From NCBI RefSeq assembly GCF_000281045.1, contig NW_008246118.1, positions 253,850 to 317,849 of the forward strand: a DNA stretch of 64,000 bases. Reading direction: 5' to 3'. Below the pieces are notes generated by a model. It saw only the letters and a list, made by a program, of their open reading frames with translations, ran no database searches and was not told where the DNA came from. Numbering within the stretch: the stretch's first letter is position 1; each line of letters opens with the position of its first letter. This document shows, in pieces, positions 13,501 through 23,884 of this stretch. This DNA comes from Saprolegnia diclina VS20 (taxonomy: Eukaryota). The position numbers and the translations under genes are program-made.

Positions 13501-14204
13501 AGTCGAGCTCCAGCCAAGAGGGTTCGAGACGCCTGTGACCAACGACAACAAGGAGGCGTACGTGCTCGCACTCGCGATGCATCATTTCTGCAGCAACCGC
13601 GACGCCCTCGACGCAGTGCGCGTGGTACACGTGCTCGCTGACGACGAGGCGTTCGAAACGATAGGGTTAGGGTCTCTACGATGTTGTGCCCAAGCGAGAG
13701 ATCGCGCTCTTGCGTCCCGACGAGCTGCAGCGCGTCTTGGCCGGCGACCAAGCGCTGGACATGGCCGCGCTCCAGGCCCACGTCACGTACGGACGCCACG
13801 GCAGCGCTGAGCACCCGACGATCCGCCACTTTTGGGCCGTCGTCGACGGTATGGCGGAGCCTACGCAGCGAGAACTGCTCGTGTTTTGGTCCGGGTCGTC
13901 GCTGCCGCCGCTCTTTGGCTTTGCCCACGCGGTAGAATGCCGTCGTCGGGCCCTACAAACGTGTACGACTGCGTGTAGGACGAGGTCGTGTGGTCCATCG
14001 ACGTCGTTGCCGTGCCCGACGGAAAGACGCCGCCGCTGCCCCAAGCCCACACGTGGTACGTCCTCATACCACTCGTTTCTTCTTCGAGTCATGCTGGCTA
14101 GCGACCGCAAAATCGTGCTTCCGGCCTACGCGACGCAAGACGAGCTCGCGACCAAGTTGGCCCTCGCTCTCGAGTTTGGCACCTTTGGCTACGATCGCAT
14201 CTAG
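10514..14204 (+). CDS. Ankyrin-repeat plus HECT-domain E3 ubiquitin ligase; multi-exon
   Basis: N-terminal ankyrin repeats (SGRTALTTLC, DGPLHLAS, TALHVAC). HECT motifs: VEFTHEPGAGVGPLR-EFF, LGRLFGLAV, VTNDNKEAYV, IRHFWAVV, LLVFWSGS and LPQAHTC (the Cys codon is split by an intron), ending LEFGTFGYDRI. Confidence 0.85.
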
Positions 14205-14234
14205 TTATGCAATGGAATAATGGGACGTGGGTCG

Positions 14235-14951
14235 CTAGACGTGGTCGGTTTCGGTGGGTGCGGCGGCGCGGCCGAGCGCCTGGAACGTCGGGGCCGACGG
14301 CGGCGCGGGCTCGACGGGGGCGTAGCGCTGCGAGGGCAGGCTTGTGTACGCGTGGCCCGCAACCATTGAGTGGAAGAAGAGATAGAGGTATCGGAACGGA
14401 GTGGCGACGAGGACGAGCAACCAGACGAGCCAGGCGAGCGTGGCCGCCCAAATGGACGTAACGCTGCTGGGCGTGGACGCGGCCGCATCGAGCGCCTTGC
14501 GTGTCCCGACGAGCTGGACGACTGCGCCGGGCCACACGTCGCCCTTCTTGAGCACCTTGCCTTGGTGGATGAGCCGCGCTGTCTTCTCCCTACCAAGGCG
14601 TCTCTTAGTCGGCGAATAATGTCATGGTGTCTACAGGTGGAAGAGCTCGGCGAGCGTCGCCGTCGGGTCGTGGACGCTCCAGATGCTTACATAGAGGATG
14701 TACGTCGTGTTGGCAAACTTGACGCTGCACGGCTTCTCACGCGATGCGTCCTGGCCGAGCGGGTCCAGCTGGCGCACGAGCTTCACGACGGATTGGCAGT
14801 AGCTGCACCGGTTCTTCTGGTGACCGAGCTGCCTGCAGACGCACGCGACGCAGAAGACATGGCCGCAGTCCGTCACGCACTGGTTGGGCTTGCCCTCGAG
14901 CGACGCGCCGCAGGCCGCGCACGTGGCATCCAGCACCGGTGCTGTGTCCAT
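14235..14951 (-). CDS. RING-HC finger, ubiquitin-like domain and C-terminal transmembrane segment; 2 exons
   Basis: CAAC...CGHVFCVAC...CSYC (C3HC4). After splicing, ARLIHQGKVLK (UBL-type RLIxxGKxL), followed by the hydrophobic WAATLAWLVWLLVLVATPF. Confidence 0.7.
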
Positions 14952-15488
14952 GGTACTTTGAGGCCATTGGCCAAAATAGAAAACAATGTCGACCAATGGC
15001 ATCGCAGGACTGCCTGAGTTTATTGTGATCGATCGGTGCCAAACCTGGTTGACCTAAACCGCTAAGGACATTCTATCTCTTGCAACGACACGAGTCTGAC
15101 CGCTTAGCACCAAGATCTTTGCGGCGACCACTTTAGCTGGTCGGTTGCTCTGGTCCACAGCTAGCCGGGATACTGTCTGTACCAAACACCACTCTCACGT
15201 AGCATGCGTAACTTGAGCTTTTCCACATCTCTGCAAAGTGTCTCGGGTGACGAACGCCATGCACCAGGCAAGGCACGAGCATTGGGGCACGATATCGCTT
15301 CGACATGGCCTGTACGAACGCTAGCTTCCGGCGTCAATGTTCTTGTTAGAGGTCAGAGGCATTCGAGGTAGCAGGTTGCAAGTTGAAGTACGAGCCATTT
15401 GCTGCTTCGTCCGCTTGCCACGTATTTTTGTCGCAGTATACGTTCTTTAAATAGCAAAAAAGGCAACCGCCTGACGAGCGCCGACTCG

Positions 15489-17628
15489 ATGGGCCGAGAA
15501 CCGGCAACGATGGTCGCGAGTCCGACTGCGTCTGAGCTCAACAACGAGAGCGCCGCCGAGTGGGCGACGTGTTCCAACTGCAGCGAGCAAACCGTCGTGC
15601 GCCCGTGTCCCGCGCGCTGCGGCCGGGCAGCGTACTGCTCGTCTCTCTGTCTTGTGCACCACAAGACACTGCACCGGTCGTTTTGCCGGCCCACGATCGC
15701 CCCCACCGTCGTGACGAAAGACGCCGACGACGTGCTTGTCGAGACGGACAACAACGTCGAGACGAACGAGGTCGAGGACGAGGATGACATGCCACTGCTC
15801 GACATGCTGCAGGTGGCCGAGAAGCCCCCGGCCTTTCTCAAAAAGACCTTCTCAAGTCTCTTTCTGTTGCCGTCGAAACTCAAAAAGTTACTGCCCTCTG
15901 ACGAGGCCATTGCCCCCGAGAGCTTCTCCGAGGACGCGCCTGCGATCCCGTTCACGTACCACCACGTGTGCAGCCCGCGCGCCAACTTGTCGGAGCCATG
16001 GTCCCGCTTCAGCGCCGACTTCAACATGCTCAAATTCTACGTGCACCAGTCCGGACCGGCTGGCTTGCAGCTCGAGGTCGGGACCGACGGCGGGCTCATC
16101 GTGATCGGTATCTCCCGCCCGCTGGTCTGGGCCATGGGCATTCGGCCCGGCGACCAACTGGACCGCATCGGTGGCATGTCGACGTCCGGCCTCGCCCCGG
16201 ACGAAGCGTTCCGGTGTCTCTACCGCGCCGACCTTCCGACGGTAGGCCCACTTGTTGCTTCAGCAGATTACGAGCGTCGAGTGGGCGTAGGTGCTTCGGT
16301 TCAAAGCGACCGCGCGCGTGCAGCGCGAGACGTGGACCATTTTGCTGCAAGATCGGCTCGGGGTCACATTTGCCGGCGACGGTCGGCTCGACATCCCGGT
16401 CGTCGACCGAGTGGTGGCGCGGACGGACGAGTCGCCGCAGGTCGGGGACCTCCTCGTGCTGGTCAACGATGTCTACGACGCGGTTGCCCACGGCCTGAGT
16501 GCGACCTTGCGCTACATCCACGAGAGCCCGCGACCTGTCGCTTTGACGTTCCAGCGCCTCCTCAGCGACGCCGCGCCCATGCCGCGCCCGCCGAGCGAGC
16601 CGGCTCTTCTCACCGAACGCGAGCTAAGCGACGTGGCGACCGAGATTCAACCGTCGTCGACACGGACGCTATGTGCCACGACACTGTCGTCGGCGTCGGG
16701 CAACGTCGTCTTGGTCTGGCGCGACGGCTTCCTCGGCGTGACGCTGCTCGAGGACCCGGCGTTGGGGCTACCCGCCGTGCACCGGCTCACGGGAAAAGGC
16801 CAGACGCCGCTGGTTGGTCAGCTCGGGTCGGGCTACACGCTCGTCTCGGTCAACGGCGATGCGCTGCTTCCGCACTGCATGGTGGCCAATTGCGCGCGGC
16901 TGGCATCGGCGCCAAAGCCCGTGCTCCTGCTGTTTGCACCGCCGCGCAAGCAGCGCCTGCTCCGTGCTGCGTCGCTCCTCGATGGTCCGTCCGCGCGCCT
17001 CAACCGCAGCTTTGCGAGGGCGCTCTGTACACCGCGCGCGTCCGAGTACGAGGTACTCTGGTCATCGCCGCCGCTCGGGCTCGTGTTGTACTACCCGAAG
17101 CATTCGCCGGCCAAGACGCCGTGCGTCAAGCGCGTCAAGCCCCACTGCGCGCTCACCTTGCCGGCCTCGGCGGACGGCCATCAGCTTGTCGCTGTCAACA
17201 ACATTGCAACCTCTGGGCTTGCGTCGACCGACCTCACGCGGCTGCTGCACAGCGCCGGGTTCCCCATCGTACTTCGCTTTCGGAGTGGCGACAACGAGTC
17301 GTCGTCGCCGCCGTCGAACCGCATCTCGGACAGCGACGCCGCCAGCTCCATCTTGGAGTTGGACGCGACGCACCGCATCGTGTGGCGGGATGGCGACCTC
17401 GGCCTCACGTTTGCACCGAGCGCCGCGGGACCGGTCGTCAAGCGCGTCGGCAGCTGCTCGCAGCGCGTCCGTGTCGGCGACATTCTCTTGCACATCAATT
17501 CCAAGCCGGTGCCGATGGACGAACCGTTCAGCGACACGATGGCGAGGCTTGTCGCGATGCCCAAGCCCATCGTCTTGGGCTTCACGCAGGCACCGCCGGA
17601 CGAACGCGGCTCCAGCGAATCGCTTTAA
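15489..17628 (+). CDS. MYND zinc finger plus about five PDZ-like domains; 2 exons
   Basis: CSNC...CPARC...YCSSLC..HH..H...C. Five repeats of LG(L/V)x(F/L)...V...GD.L..(I/V)N...P..L.F. Intron near 16242-16290 joins ORFs 15399.. and 16291.. Confidence 0.75.
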
Positions 17629-17817
17629 GCGTATTCGAATATCAATATTTCAACTCGATATTTTCACACTACACTTGTTTTCATTCCCAAACGGGGTGGT
17701 CGACGGACCGAGCGTCGGGTCCCACGCGGATGACATCCCAAAGCATTTTCTCAGAACACTCCACGAGTCTCAAACGAACGCTATCGGAACATTCTGTCAT
17801 GGACATTCCGGTTAGGG

Positions 17818-20247
17818 TTAGGGTCGGCGCAACAGCACGACGATGGCCGGGCGCAGCGCGCCGAGCGTGACGCCGGGCGGCACGAATGTCTTGAGGTTGC
17901 GGAGCACGAGAGATGACGAGAGCGACGCAGGCTTGCGCTCGACCAAGGCGACGAGGTCGTTCGGGCTCTGCTTTTCAACGCAGTAGCGCAGCAGCGGCCA
18001 GTAGAGCAGCGGACCCACGGCGTCTGGCGCTGTCTCGTAGAGCAAGAGGCACTTGGCATACTCATCGTGTGCGAGCAACAGCGACGCAGCTTCGAGCCAC
18101 GCGTCGCTTTGGCAGAGGACGTCGGCGTGCGCGGCCACGGCCGCTGGCTCGTTTCCCTTTGCGAGCGCAACGGGCGAGAGGGCGACGAGGGCGCGCTGGC
18201 TGTGACGGCGCGTCGGCACGAGGTGTTGGCCCTCGAGCGAGAAGAGGCGCGGACAGTACTGGTCGACGCACGCAACAAAAGGTGCGAGCGCATTTGGCTC
18301 GTGCTGCGCATAGAGCCGGGCCATGCACTCGAAGTAGAGCTGCTTGGTCGCTGGCGACCGGCGGTAGTCACTGGCCGTGCGCTCTTCATGGAAGAGCAAA
18401 TGGCTCGGGACGCCTGTCGTTGGCGACGGGCCTTTGAAGACGACGTTCTCCAGCAAAAGCGCTTCGAGCTGGAGCAGGAGCCGGCGACCAAACTGCGCCG
18501 AGCACGCCCACGAGGTGAATTGAAGAGGCGAGAGCGCGTGAAGCTGGCGACTGATTGTCAGCGGCGTCGGACGGAACCGCTGCATGTCGAGCGAGACGTC
18601 CGACTCGGCCGTGCGCGCGCGCGGCCGCAACGTGGCTAGCGGCTGCAGAAGCGCGTTGCGCTCAGCATTGAGCTGCAGCCACGCGTGCACGTACATGAAC
18701 GAGTCCATGTTGATGGGCGTGAGAGGCGAGAGCGGCGTCGACGCCACGGCCGCCGCCGGCACGGTATGGAGTGTGTGCTTGTAGTGGAGCTGCATCGCCC
18801 CGAGGCGCCCGCGGAGGTCGTCGACGATCGCGTCTGGGATCTTGGCGTCTGTAAGCAGCGCCAATAAGAGCGCCGGGTGCTCGAGGTGCGCCGCGACCGT
18901 CTCGTAAGCGTCGCCCTTGCGGTCGTTGGCGGCTGCACGCCGAAGCGAGGCGTAGGCCGCCGCCACTTGGGGAAACCGGAGCGACGGGCCGTGGTCGCGC
19001 AAGTGCGCGAATCCCGAAGGTAGGCCGTCGGCGTACTGCGTTGCACTCGGCAGCTTGAGGCGGTAGAACGCGTGGTCGGCGTAGACGCCGGCGGCGACCA
19101 CTGTGCTCCATAGGCGGTATTGCGTCGCTGTCGGCAGTGCCAGCGACGTGGCCTCGGCACCCGAGTGCACATCGTACACGACGAGCGAGCTCTCGGTGGT
19201 CGTGACGAGGAGGAACTGCCGGTGGCATGCAACCGCAACGACCGTCGCCGGCGCCGGCAGCGCGAACGCAAGTTGCCGGCACTGGAGCCCGCCATTCTCA
19301 AGTTGGACGAGGTGGAGGGCGCCAGTCGACTTGGAAAGCGTCAGCAGCGCACCTGTGACGTCGTGCACGCACGCAACCACGTCGAAGAGCGGCGACGGAT
19401 GCGGACACGCGTGTGTCACGGGCGACTGCGCACTCTTGAGCTGTACGTGGCAGTCGGAGAGGAGCCACAGCCCACGGGATGAGCTTAGCAAGGTCACGCG
19501 ACTCGACGCGTCACTGTGTAGCGTCATCGGATGGCCCACGACGATGTGCGTCGGGTGCTTGGCGAGCGACGGAATAGTCTCAAAGCTGACGTGGCGGCAC
19601 TGCAGCGCGCCGTTCGCGTCCGACCACGCGAGTCCGTGCGCGCCGGCAAAGGTCGGGAACGCGCTGAGGTCCGCAGCAGGCTCGCTCGAAAAGCAGAAAC
19701 TATTGAGGAAGACCCACGCGAGCTTCTCGAGGGCCCACTCCCAGACATAGGCATGGCCGTCACGGCGGGCGACGACGAAGCGCAGCGTCTTGGACGACGG
19801 CGCGCGCAGAAAGGCCATGTGCAGCACGGGCGCGTTGTGACGCGACAGAAGCATGTCCGTGTTGGCAGCGACAAACGGGTCCGACGACGCGTCCGATGCA
19901 AGCTCCTGCAATAGCTCCAGCTGGAACGCCTGGTCGTACTTGGGCTCGGGCGTCGCATCCACGACGAGCACGAGGTCGAACGGTGACTTGCCATGCGCAA
20001 GGTCGCCGAGCGGGTCTGTGTACCGGAAGCAGGCAGCGATGTGCCCCGCGACTGCCTCGACAAGCGCCAGGTGCAAGTTCATGGCCGCTAGGCTCGGGAT
20101 GAGCAACGCCAGAGAGCCGCGGGTGCAAGGCCACGGCAGGTCCTTCGTGAGCCCATAGCACTCTGTCGCCGCCCGCGCCGAGCGCGCGTAGGCCTCGACG
20201 ACCGCGCTGCCCACAGGCGATCTTGGCTCGACCAGCGCTGGCACCAT
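17818..20247 (-). CDS. 809 aa beta-rich plus alpha-solenoid-like protein, candidate HPS6 (BLOC-2 subunit) homologue
   Basis: Long intronless ORF with coding-like composition. Segments PVLHMAFL...VVARRDGHAYVWEW...AWVFLNS, GLAWSD, LLSSSRGLWLL and C-terminal LKTFVP..VTLGALRP resemble animal HPS6 as I recall it; identity not verified. Confidence 0.5.
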   Translation of the reverse strand: MVPALVEPRSPVGSAVVEAYARSARAATECYGLTKDLPWPCTRGSLALLIPSLAAMNLHLALVEAVAGHIAACFRYTDPLGDLAHGKSPFDLVLVVDATPEPKYDQAFQLELLQELASDASSDPFVAANTDMLLSRHNAPVLHMAFLRAPSSKTLRFVVARRDGHAYVWEWALEKLAWVFLNSFCFSSEPAADLSAFPTFAGAHGLAWSDANGALQCRHVSFETIPSLAKHPTHIVVGHPMTLHSDASSRVTLLSSSRGLWLLSDCHVQLKSAQSPVTHACPHPSPLFDVVACVHDVTGALLTLSKSTGALHLVQLENGGLQCRQLAFALPAPATVVAVACHRQFLLVTTTESSLVVYDVHSGAEATSLALPTATQYRLWSTVVAAGVYADHAFYRLKLPSATQYADGLPSGFAHLRDHGPSLRFPQVAAAYASLRRAAANDRKGDAYETVAAHLEHPALLLALLTDAKIPDAIVDDLRGRLGAMQLHYKHTLHTVPAAAVASTPLSPLTPINMDSFMYVHAWLQLNAERNALLQPLATLRPRARTAESDVSLDMQRFRPTPLTISRQLHALSPLQFTSWACSAQFGRRLLLQLEALLLENVVFKGPSPTTGVPSHLLFHEERTASDYRRSPATKQLYFECMARLYAQHEPNALAPFVACVDQYCPRLFSLEGQHLVPTRRHSQRALVALSPVALAKGNEPAAVAAHADVLCQSDAWLEAASLLLAHDEYAKCLLLYETAPDAVGPLLYWPLLRYCVEKQSPNDLVALVERKPASLSSSLVLRNLKTFVPPGVTLGALRPAIVVLLRRP

Positions 20248-20369
20248 GCGAATCCCCTCCCAAACTCGATGACCAACTTCACCAGCTGGCGTGAAGGTGT
20301 GAAAATGGTGAAAATGGTGAAAATTGCGGGATCAACTTCAACGACCCCAACATGCATCTTCCTTCATCT

Positions 20370-23300
20370 CTACTTCTGATTGGGGTCCATGCGCGGGATG
20401 CTGGCGTCGTGGAAGCCCTTGCGGCGGCGACCGAGCTTGACGGGCGGCGCCTTCTTGTGCTTGCCCACGACTTGCAGCTCGGCTTGGTTGCTCAGCGCGG
20501 CCAGCGGCAAGTGGCAGACGCACGCAATGTGGCCGCACGTGTGGCACATGAGGTCTTCGCGGACGTCGCGCTTGGGCAGGCGCATCGCGAGGCTCGTCTC
20601 GTCGACGATCGCCCGCGTCGCCCGCACGATCGCGTCGTAGGTCGAGAGCACGTGCAGGTTACGACTACCGCTGGCCTCGAGCGCCGCAGCGCGCTCTGCC
20701 GCCGCCGCCGCCACCGTGTCGCGGAGGAGGTCGGCTCTTTCGCGCGCGTGGGCCATATTGGTCGCATACGAGACGCAGCCGTTCGTGGTCGGTGACGCTG
20801 GTGGCAGCAGCGCGCGCAGCCGCGCGTTCTCCTTGCGCAGGAGCACGTTGCGGCGCACGTTGCGCACCTTCCAGCGCACGCGCTGTCGCCGGACCGCCGC
20901 TTTCGTGTCCGCCTCGTACATCATAAGGGCCCGCGAAAGCTCTAAGCGGCGAAGGCCCTCGAGCTCCAATGTCTCGTCCATGAGGAACTCGTCGCGGTCC
21001 CGCTCCAAGTCCTCGAGCTCGATCTGCAGCGTCTCGATCTCGTGGTCGTACTCGCGGATCTAGTCGATGGACTTAGCCGACAAAGAGACGCAGGGGCTAC
21101 CTGCTGGCGCTTGCTCAGGATTTCTTCGGCGCTCAAGAGCCGGGAAAAGTGGATCACGACCTTCTCGGTCTCGAACGCCTCGGCCCAACCGCGGCCGACG
21201 TCTTCGGGCGTCATATTTGCGAGCTCGTTGTCGACGAACGGCGCGCGCAGCTCCCAGTCGAGCTAGCTTCTTTGTATCAAGTTGGGCGGACCAATGGAAG
21301 CGACGCACCCGCATTTGTTTCAAGTCGTGGATGTGCTGAAGTGCCTTCTTCTTGTACTTGACGAGGCGAGCGAGGTCGGCCGACGCGTCCACGTTGTCGA
21401 AGTGCACCATTTCGAGGTCGTCCTATCTCCGCAACATATCAAGTTGATAGATTTGAAAGCGAAGTTCAAGTGCCTTGAACGTGGTCATGGCGCGCGCTTT
21501 GACTTCGATCTTGAGCAGATCGCGCATCGCTTGGCACTGCTGTCGGCTCTGAAAGCTGCGCCACGCGGCCTGGACCTTGACCGCCGCCGCGCCGTAGCGT
21601 CCGCGCTGGGCCATACGTCGCGCCGCCACGTGCTTGCGCGCGAGGAACTGCCGCGCAAGGCACTGAACCGTACGAGCCGCGGCGTGCTGCAGGCCTACGA
21701 GATGGGCCTCCCACGCCATGCGCTCGGCGTACGCGCGCTTGGCTTGGCGCCACGCAAACTACACGTCGCCCAATAGTATCAATCTATCAAGAGCGCATCA
21801 CGTGCCTGGATCACGCACGCAGCTTCGTTCTTGTCGCGGACTTGCTCGAGGCGCTTGCGGACCATGTAGCCGCGGAAGATGCGCTGGATGAGCCGCGTGG
21901 AAGGTACGACGACCATTTTCAGATGCACTTTGCGGCGCTCGCGCTGGAGCACGAGGCGCGCGAGGAAGCCGCGACCTGCCGCACCGATGCGCGATGCCAT
22001 CAGGTTGCGCCGGCGCTGCGCAAAGACATCGGCCCACACCACCCGGTTGCGATATGCGCGGTAGGCGCGCTGGAGCGTGCGGGCCATCGCGCGCTCGACC
22101 TCGAGGCGCCGAAACCGCGCACGGCCGCGGCCGCCGCGAAATACGCGCTGGATGGCTATTGCCGCGGGGGTGTAGACGACGCGCAAGAGGTGCTCGGCCT
22201 TGGCGCGGCGATAGAGGCGTCGGCCTACGTGGCCGCGGTACACCCGCTGGACGAGCGACGCGGCCGGGACTTGCACCGTGCGCTTAACGAGCGCATGTCG
22301 GAACAGTTTGGCGCGCTAGCCACATGGATCGACTTTGACAATGAGGCGGAGCGTACCCGGCGGCCGTAGAGGCCACGGACGCAGCGCTGGATCCGGATTG
22401 CATTCGCGACATGGTACCGCATCCAGAAGACCCACTTGCGCGCTCGGTGCCCGCGACAGAGCCGCTGGAGCCCGATGGCGCCCAAAATCATTTGGGCTTT
22501 GAGCGCGGCTGTTGCCCGGCGCGAGACGACGGACCGATACGCCGCCTGGATGTGCGTAGCTGCAAAGGTCGAGACGAGGAAGAGCTCGGTCGCAAACACC
22601 CGGGCTACATAGCCCCGGTACACGCGCTGCAGTGTGATCGCATGGCGGTGTCGCCGCAAAAGCCGCCGCAGCACGCGGCTCTAGCATCCGTCGAGTCGGA
22701 ATCGACTATCAATATCGAGTTGGGCGTACGTGCAAGTGGTGTCGGAAGAGGCGCTGGAGCTTGGTGGCCGCCACGCCCAGCGCGCGCGTGCGCTTTTCGT
22801 AGCGGGCGACGACGGTGTGCACGTCGGCGTCCTTCCCGAGCGCATGCTGCTCCCGGAAGATGGCCGCTTGCTCTTGCGCGAGGAGCTCTTTGAGTGCTTG
22901 GGGCAGTCCGTGGTAAAAGTGAGGCACCCGAGTCGCTGCATGCGGCTCATCAAGGAGCGCGGCGACGTCCTGAAGCGACGTTTGCGCCGCTGGATCGACG
23001 CCGGCACTCAAGACATGCCCGTGGCTCAGGCCGAGACGTTCGGTCAGCGCGAGCGTGGCTGCCGCCGCGTCGTGCTGGGCGACCGTTCGACAGATGACGT
23101 GAAGATCGAATGCGATGGTGCCAAAGCAGGGCAGTCGCCGGACGTGATCGCCAATGTAGCTGAGCTTGCGGCACTGGCCAAAGGTCACGCACCCGTCGCA
23201 GTCGAGGAGGGCGAGGTAGACAAGCTCGAGGCGGTGCAGCAGCGGGAGCCGCTGGAACGCATCGGTCACGACCGTCACGCCAAACACCGTGTTCCAATGG

Positions 23301-23829
23301 CTCGGCGGCGGCGCGCTCGGGTCGTTATTGAGCGAGACGGGGTTGTGCCGGTCACGCACCCGGAGCGCCTTGGCGCACGCAGCCCGGGCCGCCTTTTCAT
23401 GCTCGTACGTCCCAACGACGGTCGGTGTCAGCTGGTCGGGCCGCGGTGGCGTGCTGTAGCGCGAGCGCGGGTGGTCGAACCACTCGGCGACGCTGCGACG
23501 CCACGGCGCATGGTAGATCTGCACCTTCCACTTCTTGGCGCTGAGCTGCGAGACCGTCTCGAGCTTGACGCTCTGGTACCAGTACCGCTTGGGCCCGAGC
23601 ACGCGTCGCTGGAGCTGGCGCAGACTAGACTCGCTTCGTGTCCAGATTCACATCTGACATGGTACCTGAGGCTCTCGACGCGGAGTGCGTACGGTGAAAA
23701 CGCGGCCCGGAGCCGGGCGTCGAGCTCGGCTTCAACGTGGCGATCTCGGGTATCCGAGCCTAGCCGCTTGTCAATAGCTAGAGGGCAAGAGGGCGTACGG
23801 GCGCTCGGCCGCTGGCTCCGGCGACTCAT
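20370..23829 (-). CDS. Multi-exon protein: split BolA-like domain, AP2-like insert, about 13 IQ motifs and a coiled-coil C-terminus
   Basis: ORFs 23428.., 22709.., 22225.., 21779.., 21423.. and 20370.. join through 45-55 nt introns. Repeated (I/L/V)QxxxRG motifs. BolA-like LDARLRAAFSPYALRVES and FGVTVVTDAFQRLPLLHRLELVYLAL. Confidence 0.7.
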
Positions 23830-23884
23830 CAACACAAGCAGTTTCAATATAAAAGGCTTTCGGTTACGAAGCGTCTATACAAGT

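Noticed and set aside
16291..17870. Arg/Ala-rich C-terminal part of the 823 aa ORF 15399..17870
   Set aside because: Out-of-frame read-through of an intron; the real frame continues in ORF 16291..17628.
20297..20326. (GTGAAAATG)x3 repeat upstream of the HPS6-like gene
   Set aside because: Too short to assign a function; probably simple slippage.
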